In this document: positions 17,238 through 27,060 of the stretch, piece by piece
Position numbering within the stretch: the stretch's first letter is position 1
Layout of the letters: the number at the start of each line of letters is the position of its first letter
Notes under the pieces: generated by a model
Databases searched by the model: none
What the model was told of the DNA's origin: nothing
What the model saw: only the letters and a program-made list of their open reading frames with translations
Program-made: the position numbers and the translations under genes
NCBI GenBank assembly: GCA_037384945.1
Contig: JARRNM010000024.1
Location: 5,297 to 69,296, forward strand
DNA: 64,000 bases
Origin: Deltaproteobacteria bacterium
GTDB taxonomy: Bacteria; Desulfobacterota; Syntrophobacteria; BM002
Reading direction: 5' to 3'

Positions 17238-18980
17238 TCATGTTACCGTCTTGCGGCTCTGTAGTATGGCATCAATATTATTCTCCGCCCAGTTATCAAC
17301 CCTTCTTTCATTTTCCACGTAGCCGATGATTGCCTCGGAAAGACGCTTGCCGCCGTCTAGAGCCCTGACGATCTTGTCTGCTGCGGCCTTGGGCTTGACC
17401 GGATCAACAAAGATCACCCCGTCGTCTTCTCCAAATCCCCTCTCCTTCAGGACCCGTGAAGCACCGCTTGTGCTCAGCACCAGCATGCCTCTTTCTTCAG
17501 GTCTCTTGTATTTTTGCGAGAGGATGTATTCAAAGGCCACAAGGTTCATGCCGTCCTCCAGAGGGGTGACGAGCATGAGTTTAATCTCTTTCATGAAGCG
17601 GTAGTTCTGGGGGGGCGGAATTCCTTGGTTCAGGTGAACAAGGGGCTTTCCTTCGAGGCTATTGTTGAGCTTGCTGATCTCTTGGGAGAGAATGTCGTTC
17701 AAACGTTGGTAGTCGGGGTTGTCCATCCTGCTGGGAGCGGTGACCTGGTAGAAGCAGGCATCCTTGCCTTTGGCCCTGATTTTAGCGAGGGCGTGCTGGA
17801 AGATGGCGCCCCTTTCCAGCAGCCCTTTAGTGTAGTCGCACCGCTCCAGTCCGCCGAAGATATACTTACCATCCAATCGATTGCGGCGGATGGTCTGGTG
17901 GAGCTCCTCGCCGTTCACCTTATGCTCCAGGGTCTTTCCTTCAGAGACCTCGGAGAGGATCCTGTCCACATCAAGGCCGATGGGAAAGGCGCCGACTGTG
18001 GTCACCTGACCCTGGTAAATAATTTCATAAAAGTGATTTTTCACCCGTATCTCCACGGGAAACCATTCCTGCAGGGCCTCCAGGTAGTTGTCGCAGTACT
18101 CCTTGGTATGAAATCCGATGAAGTCATTGGCAAGCATGCCCCAGGTGAGCTTTTGCAGGGCCCCTTCAATGGTTTCGGCGAAGGGATCATAGACTTGCAT
18201 TTTGACACGGTTTCTCTTGTCCTCCCGGATGAGCCCCTGAATTTCATGGATGTTGAAAAAGGGCGTGTGCATGAACTGCCCTATGTGTATCCTCCGTCTT
18301 TCTTCATGGGAGAGCCCTTCTTCCATGAGCAACGCCCTGAGAGTCTCCGAAGTCTGCATCAGATGATAGTCCTGGTTCCAGACGACCACGTCCTCTTCTC
18401 TTTTCCAGAACTCCTTGCTCTTGTTGAGCTCATCGATGACGGTATTGGCAAAAGTGACCCCGCTGCTGGTGTACTGAATAAAGTCATTTTTTTCAAAATA
18501 TGGTCTGGCGAAACCGGTGGCCTTTTTGTAAAAAAGCGGGGCCCGGGTGAGGTGCATGAGTGGCCAGAGGAAGCCGTTGGCGAACTTGTTGTAGTAGCTG
18601 TGCATGTGCCTGGTGTCAAAGAAGACAAATCTCAGGTGAAAGTCATAGTCCCGGTATTTGAAGTGCATCCTGGTGTCCGGCTCTATTTCGATCTGAGGAA
18701 AATCAACAGGTGAATGGCCCTCTCGAGTCATTCGCTTGAACAAGGGGGCAAAGTGACCGCGGGCCACATCTATATCTCGATTCCCCATGGAGGCGCCGAG
18801 CCAGGTAGGGCTCCAGCTTCCAGGTTTCAGCAGGCTGGACATGGCCTGTACCAGACCGCCGGCGCCGAACTTCGGGGGATTTGGTTTTCTGTCCTCTTTC
18901 AAGCATGATTCTGCTTCATCGAGGAAGCCTTGTGAAAAACTAAAGGGTCCCCGGTTGGAGACGATGACAAGGTCGCTCAT
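17238..18980 (-). CDS. otsA: alpha,alpha-trehalose-phosphate synthase (GT20)
   Basis: MSDLVIVSNRGPFSF N-terminus and GT20-like sequence throughout. I start it at ATG 18980; the 63-aa extension to 19169 is encoded by repeat DNA. Confidence 0.9.
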   Translation of the reverse strand: MSDLVIVSNRGPFSFSQGFLDEAESCLKEDRKPNPPKFGAGGLVQAMSSLLKPGSWSPTWLGASMGNRDIDVARGHFAPLFKRMTREGHSPVDFPQIEIEPDTRMHFKYRDYDFHLRFVFFDTRHMHSYYNKFANGFLWPLMHLTRAPLFYKKATGFARPYFEKNDFIQYTSSGVTFANTVIDELNKSKEFWKREEDVVVWNQDYHLMQTSETLRALLMEEGLSHEERRRIHIGQFMHTPFFNIHEIQGLIREDKRNRVKMQVYDPFAETIEGALQKLTWGMLANDFIGFHTKEYCDNYLEALQEWFPVEIRVKNHFYEIIYQGQVTTVGAFPIGLDVDRILSEVSEGKTLEHKVNGEELHQTIRRNRLDGKYIFGGLERCDYTKGLLERGAIFQHALAKIRAKGKDACFYQVTAPSRMDNPDYQRLNDILSQEISKLNNSLEGKPLVHLNQGIPPPQNYRFMKEIKLMLVTPLEDGMNLVAFEYILSQKYKRPEERGMLVLSTSGASRVLKERGFGEDDGVIFVDPVKPKAAADKIVRALDGGKRLSEAIIGYVENERRVDNWAENNIDAILQSRKTVT

Positions 18981-19055
18981 ACCAAACTCCTGTGTTAGCT
19001 TTTGCGGTTCAATCTCCTGACACCCGAAACGTATCCCACATCCATCCAGGTGGAC

Positions 19056-19345
19056 ACCACAAAGATCACAAAGAACACAAAGTAGTACCAAAAACCTAGT
19101 TTGATATCTTTGTGCACTTCGTGTTTTGAGCGGAACGAAGGATCTCGAGATTCTTCGTCGCCCCGCCATTAGCGGGACTCCTCAGAATGACAACCGAAAA
19201 GCAAGTTTCCGGAGGACACTAATTAGAGAATTGGAAAATTAGGAAATTGGTAAAACCGTGAACGGTAAACGGTGAAACCTAATACAACTGGTTGTCTAAT
19301 TCCCTAATGTCCTAATTTCCTAATTCTCTAATTCTCAACCCGCTA
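19056..19345. repeat. intergenic word-chain repeat region
   Basis: CACAAAG words, a 60-nt dispersed repeat (19133-19193), AATTAGAGAATT / CCTAATTTCCTAATTCTCTAATT words in inverted arrangement, and GGTAAAC words. Confidence 0.85.
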
Positions 19346-19603
19346 GCTGTAAAAGTCGCTATGGATATTATCAGCGAAGACCGGCAGAATATATACCCTC
19401 AACCCTGTAAAACATGAAAGTCAGTCCCGTATTCTCATGTATGTGATCTAAGACTTTTGCATACTACAGTCTCATCAGCTGCTATTTGCAGGATTTACCC
19501 TATTTACTCAGGTCCCAGTTTCCGAGCATACATAATAGGACACGTTTGAAAAAAATCCTTATATGCATTGGCACCTCGAAGGCGAAGAAGGACCGTGTCA
19601 ATC

Positions 19604-20731
19604 ATGGCTCAAACATCCTTCAAGATAGAGAAGGCCGAGGGGGCAGAGCCGGTAGTGCATCTTTACGGCCGCCTCGACCGCGAGGTCGTGGGTCCTCTGT
19701 GGACTACCGTGGTGAGGTCTCTCGAGGAAGAAAGTCCCAGGCAGATTGTCTTCGACTTCCAGGAAGTAACCGGCATCGATACGGCGGGTGCAGCCTTGCT
19801 GCAGAGGATGGAGACCTTTTGTGCCAAGCGGGGTATTGCTTTTTTTCGTGAGAACGTGCCAAGGGAGGTGGACGAGTATTTTCAGTACATCAAGGAACAT
19901 TCCTCTGAGACCTTGTATAGTCAGCCTGCCCCCAGCTCCGGTTCCATATCCCGTCTCGGTCAATGGACTGTGGACAAGATCAGCGCGATGGGCGCTTTCG
20001 TGGAATTCATCGGTGACGTAACCTGGGCATCAATCTCACTTCTTAGCCGTTCATCAAGATCGCGGCTACACGAGCTGTGGTACCATCTAGAGACAGTCGG
20101 CGCCCAAGCCATGTCTCTCGTTATAGCTCTGAGCGGCCTCATGGGAATGGTGATTGCCTTTCAGAGCGCCAGCAGTATGAAACAGTTTGGTATCAGTATC
20201 TTTCTGGCCGACGCGGTGGTTATCGGGGTTACTCGAGAAATGGCCCCGCTTATGGTCGGGGTTGTCCTGGCCGGTCGCTCCGGAGCGGCATTCGCCGCTG
20301 AAATCGGCACCATGAAAATCAATGAAGAACTGGATGCACTGGCGGTCATGGATTTCGATCTCACCACTTTCCTTGTATTGCCCCGAGTCCTGGCTCTGGC
20401 ACTGGCAGGCCCACTTCTCACCATGCTTGCCAACGCCGCAGGCATTTTTGGCGGTTTCCTCACGGCTGTTCTCTTTCTCAATCTTCCCGGTTTCGGCTTT
20501 ATCAAGGAAGTGAACTTCGCTCTCACACCTGTTCAACTCTACACTGGTATGATCAAAGGGTTTTCCTTTGGCCTGCTCATCGGCCTTATCGGTTGTTTCT
20601 GCGGACTGAGAACCGGAGTGGCCCCGGAGAGCGTGGCCAAACAAACCACCACTTCGGTGGTGGGTGGTATTTTCATCATAATTCTGGCCGACGCGTTTTT
20701 CAGTGGCATCTTCAATGTCTATGGATGGTAA
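19604..20731 (+). CDS. mlaE: MlaE-family ABC permease with N-terminal STAS (MlaB-like) domain
   Basis: N-terminal ~100 aa is STAS-like (VHLYGRLD...FDFQEVTGIDTAGAALL), followed by an MlaE-like multi-TM permease. Confidence 0.9.
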   Translation: MAQTSFKIEKAEGAEPVVHLYGRLDREVVGPLWTTVVRSLEEESPRQIVFDFQEVTGIDTAGAALLQRMETFCAKRGIAFFRENVPREVDEYFQYIKEHSSETLYSQPAPSSGSISRLGQWTVDKISAMGAFVEFIGDVTWASISLLSRSSRSRLHELWYHLETVGAQAMSLVIALSGLMGMVIAFQSASSMKQFGISIFLADAVVIGVTREMAPLMVGVVLAGRSGAAFAAEIGTMKINEELDALAVMDFDLTTFLVLPRVLALALAGPLLTMLANAAGIFGGFLTAVLFLNLPGFGFIKEVNFALTPVQLYTGMIKGFSFGLLIGLIGCFCGLRTGVAPESVAKQTTTSVVGGIFIIILADAFFSGIFNVYGW

Positions 20732-20736
20732 TCACC

Positions 20737-21531
20737 ATGAACGGCGACCAAGACAATCCCATTATCACCGTCGAAAAGCTGATGGTGGGTTACGGAGGCA
20801 ATACTGTGCTTGAAGAGGTGAGTTTCTCCGTGAGTCGGGGGGAAGTCTTCACTGTTCTTGGACCGAGCGGCTGCGGCAAGACGACGCTTCTCAAGGCGAT
20901 GACCGGGTTGCTTCCCGTTGTGAATGGAAAAGTTAGCATTGCCGGCGAGGAGATCGGCCTGGGTCATGGGAAAGACGCGCTGAGACGTCTTCGAAGCCGC
21001 ATTGGGGTGCTCTTCCAGTCCGGGGCGCTTTTCGGCTCCCTGACCCTCTGGGACAACGTTATGCTTCCCCTGGTGGAGTTCACCGATCTTCCGCCGGAAC
21101 TCATGGACACGGTCGTCCAGTTGAAGCTGGACCTGGTAAAACTGGGCAAAGACGGAAACAGGATGCCTGCCGAGTTGAGCGGCGGCATGAAGAGGAGGGC
21201 CGGCCTGGCCAGGGCCATGGCACTCGATCCCCAAGTGTTGTTCTGCGATGAACCAACAAGTGGTCTGGATCCTCCCACGGCTGTCGAGATCGACGACCTG
21301 TTGCTGGAGCTCAAAACCGCGCTGGGAGTTACTGTGGTACTGGTAGCCCACGAGTTGAGCACCGTGGAAAATGTCTCAGACCGCTGCATTATGTTGGACG
21401 GTGAGGCCAAAACGATCATCGCCAAGGGTACAGTAGAATCATTGAAGAGGGAAAATAAAGATCCCCGGGTGCAAGCCTTTTTCAACAGGAAGGTTAAAAG
21501 CAAACACTTGGAACTAGGACAACCGGAGTGA
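20737..21531 (+). CDS. mlaF: MlaF-like ABC ATPase
   Basis: Walker A GPSGCGKTT, signature LSGGMKRR, Walker B LFCDEPTSGLD. ATG lies 6 nt after the mlaE stop. Confidence 0.9.
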   Translation: MNGDQDNPIITVEKLMVGYGGNTVLEEVSFSVSRGEVFTVLGPSGCGKTTLLKAMTGLLPVVNGKVSIAGEEIGLGHGKDALRRLRSRIGVLFQSGALFGSLTLWDNVMLPLVEFTDLPPELMDTVVQLKLDLVKLGKDGNRMPAELSGGMKRRAGLARAMALDPQVLFCDEPTSGLDPPTAVEIDDLLLELKTALGVTVVLVAHELSTVENVSDRCIMLDGEAKTIIAKGTVESLKRENKDPRVQAFFNRKVKSKHLELGQPE

Positions 21532-22436
21532 GCAGAAACGTAAGTCGATTCAAGCTGGGGTTTTTCGTCCTGATTTGTACAGCCCTAGCGTTAGGGAGCC
21601 TTGTCTGGGTAGGAGTGGGCCAGTTTTTCCAGCCTGGCAATACCTATGTCACTTTTTTCGATTCATCCGTGGGAGGGCTATCCCGTGGTGCTGAAGTTTC
21701 GTACCTGGGCATAAAAGTAGGAAGGGTGGTTTCATACGGTATTGCGCCGGACAGGGAGCTTATTCGGGTAGTGCTGGAGTTGAATCCGGATTTCAAGGTT
21801 GACAGTTCTCTGGCCATAAGTTTGGCGCAGCGAGGCATCACCGGGCAACGCTATCTGGAGATCGGCAAAGCCCCTGCCCACATAGATCAGATAACACCTA
21901 AGGTGACATTTCCGGTCCAGTATCCGGTCATCCCTTCACGACCAGGTGAACTTGCCACCATAGAACAATCGTTAAAACAGCTATACCAAAAGATTGAAGG
22001 AGTGGACTTCGAGGCCCTGGCAGGGGCCTGGACTCAAGCGGCCCGAGATGCTGACGCAGTTCTGGCAGACCAGGATATCCGGGAAACTCTGAAAAATGCT
22101 CAAAAGATTTCCCAAGATCTGAAGAGAATCATGGGCTCTGTGGGGGAAGAGGCCGTACAGGAAGATTTGAAAAATTCTCTCAGCGACCTCACCCGAACCC
22201 TGGCGGCCACGCAGAAGGCCAGCGAAGCCCTGGCGAGAGAGTTAGGGGCAATTCCCCATGGAAGCCTGGCAAAGCTCACCAAGGATATGGATCAGACCGT
22301 GGAAGCCAGCCAGGAAACTCTCTTCCACTTGAGGCAGCTTATCACAGAACTGAAAGAGCTGGCAGAAACCCTGCGACAACAGCCCGGGAAAATCCTGACT
22401 GAACCACAGGAGCCCGAGCCCTTCGGGAGGCAATGA
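21528..22436 (+). CDS. mlaD: MlaD / MCE-domain substrate-binding protein
   Basis: N-terminal TM followed by an MCE fold (GLSRGAEVSYLGIKVGRV) and a coiled-coil C-terminus. The start overlaps the mlaF stop. Confidence 0.85.
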   Translation: MSRNVSRFKLGFFVLICTALALGSLVWVGVGQFFQPGNTYVTFFDSSVGGLSRGAEVSYLGIKVGRVVSYGIAPDRELIRVVLELNPDFKVDSSLAISLAQRGITGQRYLEIGKAPAHIDQITPKVTFPVQYPVIPSRPGELATIEQSLKQLYQKIEGVDFEALAGAWTQAARDADAVLADQDIRETLKNAQKISQDLKRIMGSVGEEAVQEDLKNSLSDLTRTLAATQKASEALARELGAIPHGSLAKLTKDMDQTVEASQETLFHLRQLITELKELAETLRQQPGKILTEPQEPEPFGRQ

Positions 22437-23053
22437 TGAGCCGGTTTTGGATATTCCTTGTGTTGATTATCATTCCGGTCACCGGGTGCTCTTCTCTGCT
22501 CCTACCCACGTCGCCCCCACCGGTTTATTACCGATTAGAATACAAGTCCGTGAAGGTGGAATGTGCCAAATCGTTCACCGGGGGATTACGGATCTGGGAT
22601 TTCATCACCTCGAGCCCCTTCGATCAGAGCGATATGGTGGTCATTGACCATGGGCAACAGGTAAGCTTCTCCGGTTCATTCCAGTGGATAACCTCCCCAG
22701 GTACCATGGTTGCCGAGAGCTTGCTGCGGGATTTGAATGAAACCTCTCTGTTTCCCCAGGTGGTCAGCGGGGACAGTCCGATAGATGTCCCTCTTGCCTT
22801 GACCGGCCATGTATTCACCTTCGCCTGGGTGAGACAAGGTTCCACTGCCCGTGCCATGTTACAGGTGGAAGTCAGCCTCTCCTCGACCGGAGCTGAGAAC
22901 CGGTTAATCTTTCGCCGTACCTATGAACTCAAGAGCGCGCCTTTTGCAGAGGACACGGCAGACGCTTTTGCCAGGGCTATGAGTGGAATCGTTAGCCAAT
23001 TTTCTCAACAGCTGCAAAGCGACCTCTGCCTTTTAGGGGATGTGGTTAAATAG
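22433..23053 (+). CDS. ABC-transport auxiliary lipoprotein (PqiC/YmbA-like)
   Basis: Lipobox IIPVTGCSS. It overlaps the mlaD stop (ATGATGA) and has the position and size typical of the Mla/Pqi accessory lipoprotein. Confidence 0.7.
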   Translation: MMSRFWIFLVLIIIPVTGCSSLLLPTSPPPVYYRLEYKSVKVECAKSFTGGLRIWDFITSSPFDQSDMVVIDHGQQVSFSGSFQWITSPGTMVAESLLRDLNETSLFPQVVSGDSPIDVPLALTGHVFTFAWVRQGSTARAMLQVEVSLSSTGAENRLIFRRTYELKSAPFAEDTADAFARAMSGIVSQFSQQLQSDLCLLGDVVK

Positions 23054-23074
23054 TGTTCATCCGGAAACTCCCTG

Positions 23075-23220
23075 ATGTCATTCTGAGCCCTTCACTGTGT
23101 TCAGAACAGGCTCCGCGAAGAAACAGACAATTTGTCATCCCGAGGCCCGCCCAGGCGGGACGAAGGGTCTCGAGATTCTTCGTCGTCCCGCCCTTAGCGG
23201 GACTCCTCAGAATGGCAACC
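23075..23220. repeat. imperfect palindrome containing the GTCATTCTGAG / CTCAGAATG repeat family
   Basis: TGTCATTCTGAGC (23085) pairs with CCTCAGAATGGCA (23205). The 3' 60 nt is ~90% identical to 19133-19193. Confidence 0.8.
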
Positions 23221-23478
23221 GAGAAACACGCTTTCGGATGGACACTAAATAACTGAACGGAGCGTCAAAAATGGATGTGTATCCCCCATCAAAAGATGAT
23301 CCGAGATAGGGGTGGGCTTTACGCCCACCCGATGGGCGGATTTCAACACGTTTCCGAGCGGGAATAAATTCCGCCCCTGCGACAAGATTCAAAAAAGTAT
23401 GCACAATAATCATGACCTTGTATTTAAATAGCTTTAGTATCTTGTTGAGGCCGGGTTTGCTTGCGGTTAGAGTAAGGT

Positions 23479-24105
23479 ATGAGAGACAATCCCCACAAGC
23501 ATCGTTTTTCCATGCTTCGCACCTACACGCTGGCCGATTTATTCACCCTGATCAACGCGGGCTGCGGTACGGTGGCCATATTCCTCTGTCTGAACTATGC
23601 AACCGAAAACGAAAAACGGTTCTTTTGGATCTCTTTTATCCTTATTCCCGCCGCACTCATCTGTGATAGCCTGGACGGTTACGTGGCCCGCCGCACCGGC
23701 CGTCGGTCTTTAATCGGTGCTGATCTCGACTCCCTCGCCGATATCGTATCCTTCGGTGTGGCCCCGGCGGTTATGGGTTTTTCTCTGGGCTTGCGGGGCG
23801 TCTGGGATATGCTGATTCTTACCTATTTTGTTGTTTGCGGAATCAGCCGCCTCGCACGCTTCAATGTCACCGCCGCCGATACAGCGGAGCCGTCTGGAAA
23901 GGTAAAATACTATGAAGGAACGCCCATCCCCAGCAGCATCATTATCGTAATACTCTTGGGAATTGCTTTTGCATCGAACCATACCGGGCCCGAGATATGG
24001 TTCGGGGCCGTGCGCCTGGGATCAATGACCTTTCATCCATTTACCCTGATCTATGGCCTAAGCGGAAGTGCTATGATCGCCACCTTCAAGGTTCCGAAAC
24101 TCTGA
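23479..24105 (+). CDS. pssA: CDP-alcohol phosphatidyltransferase (phosphatidylserine synthase-type)
   Basis: DSLDGYVARRTGRRSLIGADLDSLAD matches the DGx2ARx8Gx3Dx3D motif. Multi-TM protein. Confidence 0.85.
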   Translation: MRDNPHKHRFSMLRTYTLADLFTLINAGCGTVAIFLCLNYATENEKRFFWISFILIPAALICDSLDGYVARRTGRRSLIGADLDSLADIVSFGVAPAVMGFSLGLRGVWDMLILTYFVVCGISRLARFNVTAADTAEPSGKVKYYEGTPIPSSIIIVILLGIAFASNHTGPEIWFGAVRLGSMTFHPFTLIYGLSGSAMIATFKVPKL

Positions 24106-24346
24106 ATTTCTTCATGACTAACACTCTTTATTACTCCAGCTACCCCTTTGTGGCAGTGGTCAATCTCCAGGGTGAATCGGCGAATGGAGCTAAGTAGTTA
24201 GGCCTCCTCTGAAAATACAGGCAAGACCCCATAGGATTTGTCCCGGAAGTCTGTTTAGATTTAACTCTCCAAATTATTTTCTCATCAACAAAAGGCCAAT
24301 CTCATTATCTTGCTAAAAGATGACGGGAGGACAAGGGGGTAAACAA

Positions 24347-24784
24347 ATGACACAACCAAAGGCAGCACAGGGCGACACCGTAAGGGTTCACTATGAGGGT
24401 TTTCTGGATGACGGCGATCTTTTCGGGTCTTCCCGGGAAAGTGGACCCCTTGAGTTTACCATCGGGGAGAGGACGCTTATTCCCGTATTTGAAAATGCTG
24501 TGGTAGGGATGGAAGAAGGAGGTACCAAGACCGTTTCCGTAGCACCGGAAGATGCTTTTGGTGAGCGCAGAGAAGAACTTGTACGCACTATCGACAAGGA
24601 TCAATTACCATCTCATATCGATCCCGAAATAGGTAAAGTTCTCGAGATTCGCGCCGAGGAGGGAGAAAACGTCCGTGCTCAAATTACCGATGTCACCGAA
24701 GACAGCTTGACCATCGACGCAAATCACCCACTGGCGGGGAAAAAAGTTACTTTCGAGATTGAACTGGTTGAGATCGAAAAATAA
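24347..24784 (+). CDS. slyD: FKBP-type peptidyl-prolyl isomerase (SlyD-like)
   Basis: GDTVRVHYEGFLDDG ... LIPVFENAVVGMEEG ... ANHPLAGK motifs. Confidence 0.85.
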   Translation: MTQPKAAQGDTVRVHYEGFLDDGDLFGSSRESGPLEFTIGERTLIPVFENAVVGMEEGGTKTVSVAPEDAFGERREELVRTIDKDQLPSHIDPEIGKVLEIRAEEGENVRAQITDVTEDSLTIDANHPLAGKKVTFEIELVEIEK

Positions 24785-24938
24785 TTGCAATCAAAACAAT
24801 GAAAGCAACTAAAGCCCTGAACCCTAAAGCCTGACCTGAAAGCTCTCCACTGCCGGGCTGTCGGGATAATCGTTAAAAAAGATGCGGGGCGGGCAACAAA
24901 CCTGCCTCCGATGTTTTTGAGTGAGGGCAGGGAAAGCC

Positions 24939-25394
24939 ATGATCAGTCTTGATATCGACTGGGCCAGAGTCCTAGACCACCTTTACCATCTCGTCATCGC
25001 CTACATATTGGCCCTTCCTATTGGCTGGGATAGAGAGACGAGCAGGAGGCGCTTCGGTCTCCGAACTTTTCCTCTTGTGGCTTTGGCAGCATGCGGTTTC
25101 ATGCTCACCGGCATACACGTCTTGGAAAGCACTGAAGCGGAAGGCAGGGTCATACAAGGAATCATTACCGGCATCGGTTTTATCGGAGGTGGGGCCATTC
25201 TCAAAGGGCAGTCAACCGTCAAGGGCACAGCAACTGCAGCCAGTATCTGGAACACCGGCGCTATTGGCATAGCAGTGGCCTATAACAGATTTGAGATAGC
25301 TGCTGTATTGAGCTTGTTGAATTTCCTTACCCTGCGTTTGGTGGGAGAAGTGAAAGAGAAAGTCAGCTCTCACTATGAAGATAAATCGACCTAA
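24939..25394 (+). CDS. MgtC/SapB family membrane protein
   Basis: GWDRE..R.FGLRTF and GIGFIGGGAILK motifs. Confidence 0.8.
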   Translation: MISLDIDWARVLDHLYHLVIAYILALPIGWDRETSRRRFGLRTFPLVALAACGFMLTGIHVLESTEAEGRVIQGIITGIGFIGGGAILKGQSTVKGTATAASIWNTGAIGIAVAYNRFEIAAVLSLLNFLTLRLVGEVKEKVSSHYEDKST

Positions 25395-25404
25395 AGCTTC
25401 TCGC

Positions 25405-25962
25405 TCAGGGAGAAATGGACTGGGCAGGATTGGCAGGTCCAAAGAGCCAGAAGAGCAAGATAATGATAAAGGCCTGGATCAGCCAGCCTATGATACAAAC
25501 CCCCACAGCACGGAAGGTGCTCCGATAATCGAGGGCCTGGCGCACTGCGACAATCATTGCCACCAGCATCCACACACTCGCAACCAAGAAGATTGGCCTC
25601 GTCACGCCGGGAATTATTGCCAATATCCTGATCAGGCCGGGGGAGCTCGAAAAACCGATGGTTCGCAAAAGTTCTCCGTAGGTGGCACTGGTCTGCGGTT
25701 CAGGCAGCAGCCTGGTGCCGATGAAGTAGGTCAGGAAGGCCCAGATATACCAGCCAAAAAGAGCACTCACTGTTCCCAGTACAAGACCCCCCAGTCCGGC
25801 CAGCTTTATACTACCCAGGCCGGCGGCCAGACTGGAGATAACCACAACCGCCGTGGCCTGTGGTAGTGCCCCGGTATCGGCTTCAACCTCTTCATACAGG
25901 GCCACATCCAGTTTGGCGGCACGCATGATCCTCTGCCAGAAATATGTCATCTTACCCTCCAC
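25405..25962 (-). CDS. Yip1-domain membrane protein
   Basis: N-terminal segment YEEVEAD, then 5 TM segments. Convergent with the MgtC gene, 10 nt apart. An alternative start is at 25950. Confidence 0.65.
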   Translation of the reverse strand: MEGKMTYFWQRIMRAAKLDVALYEEVEADTGALPQATAVVVISSLAAGLGSIKLAGLGGLVLGTVSALFGWYIWAFLTYFIGTRLLPEPQTSATYGELLRTIGFSSSPGLIRILAIIPGVTRPIFLVASVWMLVAMIVAVRQALDYRSTFRAVGVCIIGWLIQAFIIILLFWLFGPANPAQSISP

Positions 25963-26125
25963 CGGGTTCTCTCCTTTGCTTTAGCCTTAGTCGCAGAACA
26001 GCAAGGAGTCTCTATAAGCCTTTACTAATATCCGCATAATTTGAATAGGGGAAATAATGTATTTTCAAACCTTTCCATCTATATATCTCATATAGCCGCT
26101 CTAGTCTAAATAACTCGTCCAGTCC

Positions 26126-26265
26126 TGCAGGCACGGTGACCTGCCCTACGAATTATTGGTATATCTCAATGTTTTTTTCTGTAGGGCGGGGCACTGCCCC
26201 GCCCTCCGGTCGTAGTTTTCCGTCAAGGACGTTATGGAAGGCAGGCACGGTGGCGTGTCCAGGTA
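26126..26265. repeat. cluster of GC-rich hairpin repeats
   Basis: GCAGGCACGGTGACCTGCCCTACG, GTAGGGCGGGGCACTGCCCCGCCC, and a degenerate GGCAGGCACGGTGGCGTG. Confidence 0.8.
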
Positions 26266-26374
26266 GGATCGGTCCCTTCTTTTTGCAAATTACCCAATTA
26301 ACCCCGTTTAAAAAGATTTGGTCAATGATTAAAATATAATATAGTACAAATAGTTATGAAGGAAGTGATTTGAA

Positions 26375-26668
26375 GTGACGAAAGACAACAGAAAATATCC
26401 ACGTTTCAATGTTAAATGGCCGGTAATAGTAAAGCATGGTACAAAAATCTTTGGCGGACAATTGCGAGTTATGAGCGCAAATGGTGGATTTATCCGATGC
26501 GAAGAGCGACTTGAATCGAACACAATCATTCATTTAACCATAAATGTTCCAGAAAGTACTACGCTTGAAGTAGACGCTAAAGTGGTTTCTAGTGCACACT
26601 CCCACCCAGATGACCAAAAATACCCGTATTCCATAGGTGTGCAATTCGAGAAAGGGAGATCATCCTAA
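26375..26668 (+). CDS. PilZ domain protein
   Basis: RKYPRF...(RxxxR-like) and a DxSxxG-like MSANGGF segment. 97 aa, GTG start after AAGGAAG. Confidence 0.7.
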   Translation: MTKDNRKYPRFNVKWPVIVKHGTKIFGGQLRVMSANGGFIRCEERLESNTIIHLTINVPESTTLEVDAKVVSSAHSHPDDQKYPYSIGVQFEKGRSS

Positions 26669-26682
26669 ATAACCAATTTTGG

Positions 26683-27060
26683 CGGGAAGGCACGGACTTC
26701 GGCGAGCTCAGTCGAGCCGTGGCCTGCCCGCCATCGCGAGCCTGCTCGCTCAGGCGAGGCGGGCGGGGGGATTTTGCTGCCCACTGTTCGCTGTTAGCCG
26801 TCAGGGTGGCCGACTCTACTTCCTAAATCCCAAATCTTTACCCTGTGGAATCCCCCGTAGGGGGTCCGCCGGAGGTGGAATTCCACAGGGCAGGTCCGCA
26901 ATCCACAATCAACATTCTGTCCTCTGTCGTTTGTCCTCTAACCCCGTCTCGCCCGTCTCGCTCGACGTCTCGTCTCGTTTTACTCCATACCCTATGCCCA
27001 GTGACAGCGAAGCGCAGTGACCCAATGAGGCCGGAGGCAAGTGACGCGAAGCACTAGCTA
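26683..27060. repeat. intergenic word-chain repeat region
   Basis: A long GC hairpin (GGCGGGAAGGCACGG...CCGTGGCCTGCCCGCC), then TGTCCTC, CGTCTCG, TTACTCCATACCCTATGCCC and GTGAC(A/G)CGAAGC words. Confidence 0.85.

Noticed and set aside
18981-19169. A 63-aa N-terminal extension of the otsA ORF, and similar extensions on ORFs 6995-8077, 20593, 28420, 33464 and 62671-63045.
   Set aside because: The extensions are encoded by repeat or upstream-gene DNA. Internal starts give canonical N-termini and sensible spacing to neighbouring genes.
19567-19581. A sigma-54-like promoter, TGGCACCTCGAAGGC, just upstream of the STAS-mlaE start.
   Set aside because: The -24 GG and -12 GC spacing fits, but the -12 element (AGGC versus TTGC) is poor and the site lies only ~20 nt from the start codon. 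This is too weak to call without a PWM scan.
26679-27020. ORFs lying inside repeat chains: 5065-5295, 26679-27020, 26845-27057, 34341-34556, 42140-42331, 31210-31452, 59587-60216, 63627-63851.
   Set aside because: Their sequences are simply translations of tandem words (for example RGQRTEVRGRRSEVGGRR). They have no start context and the composition is non-protein-like.
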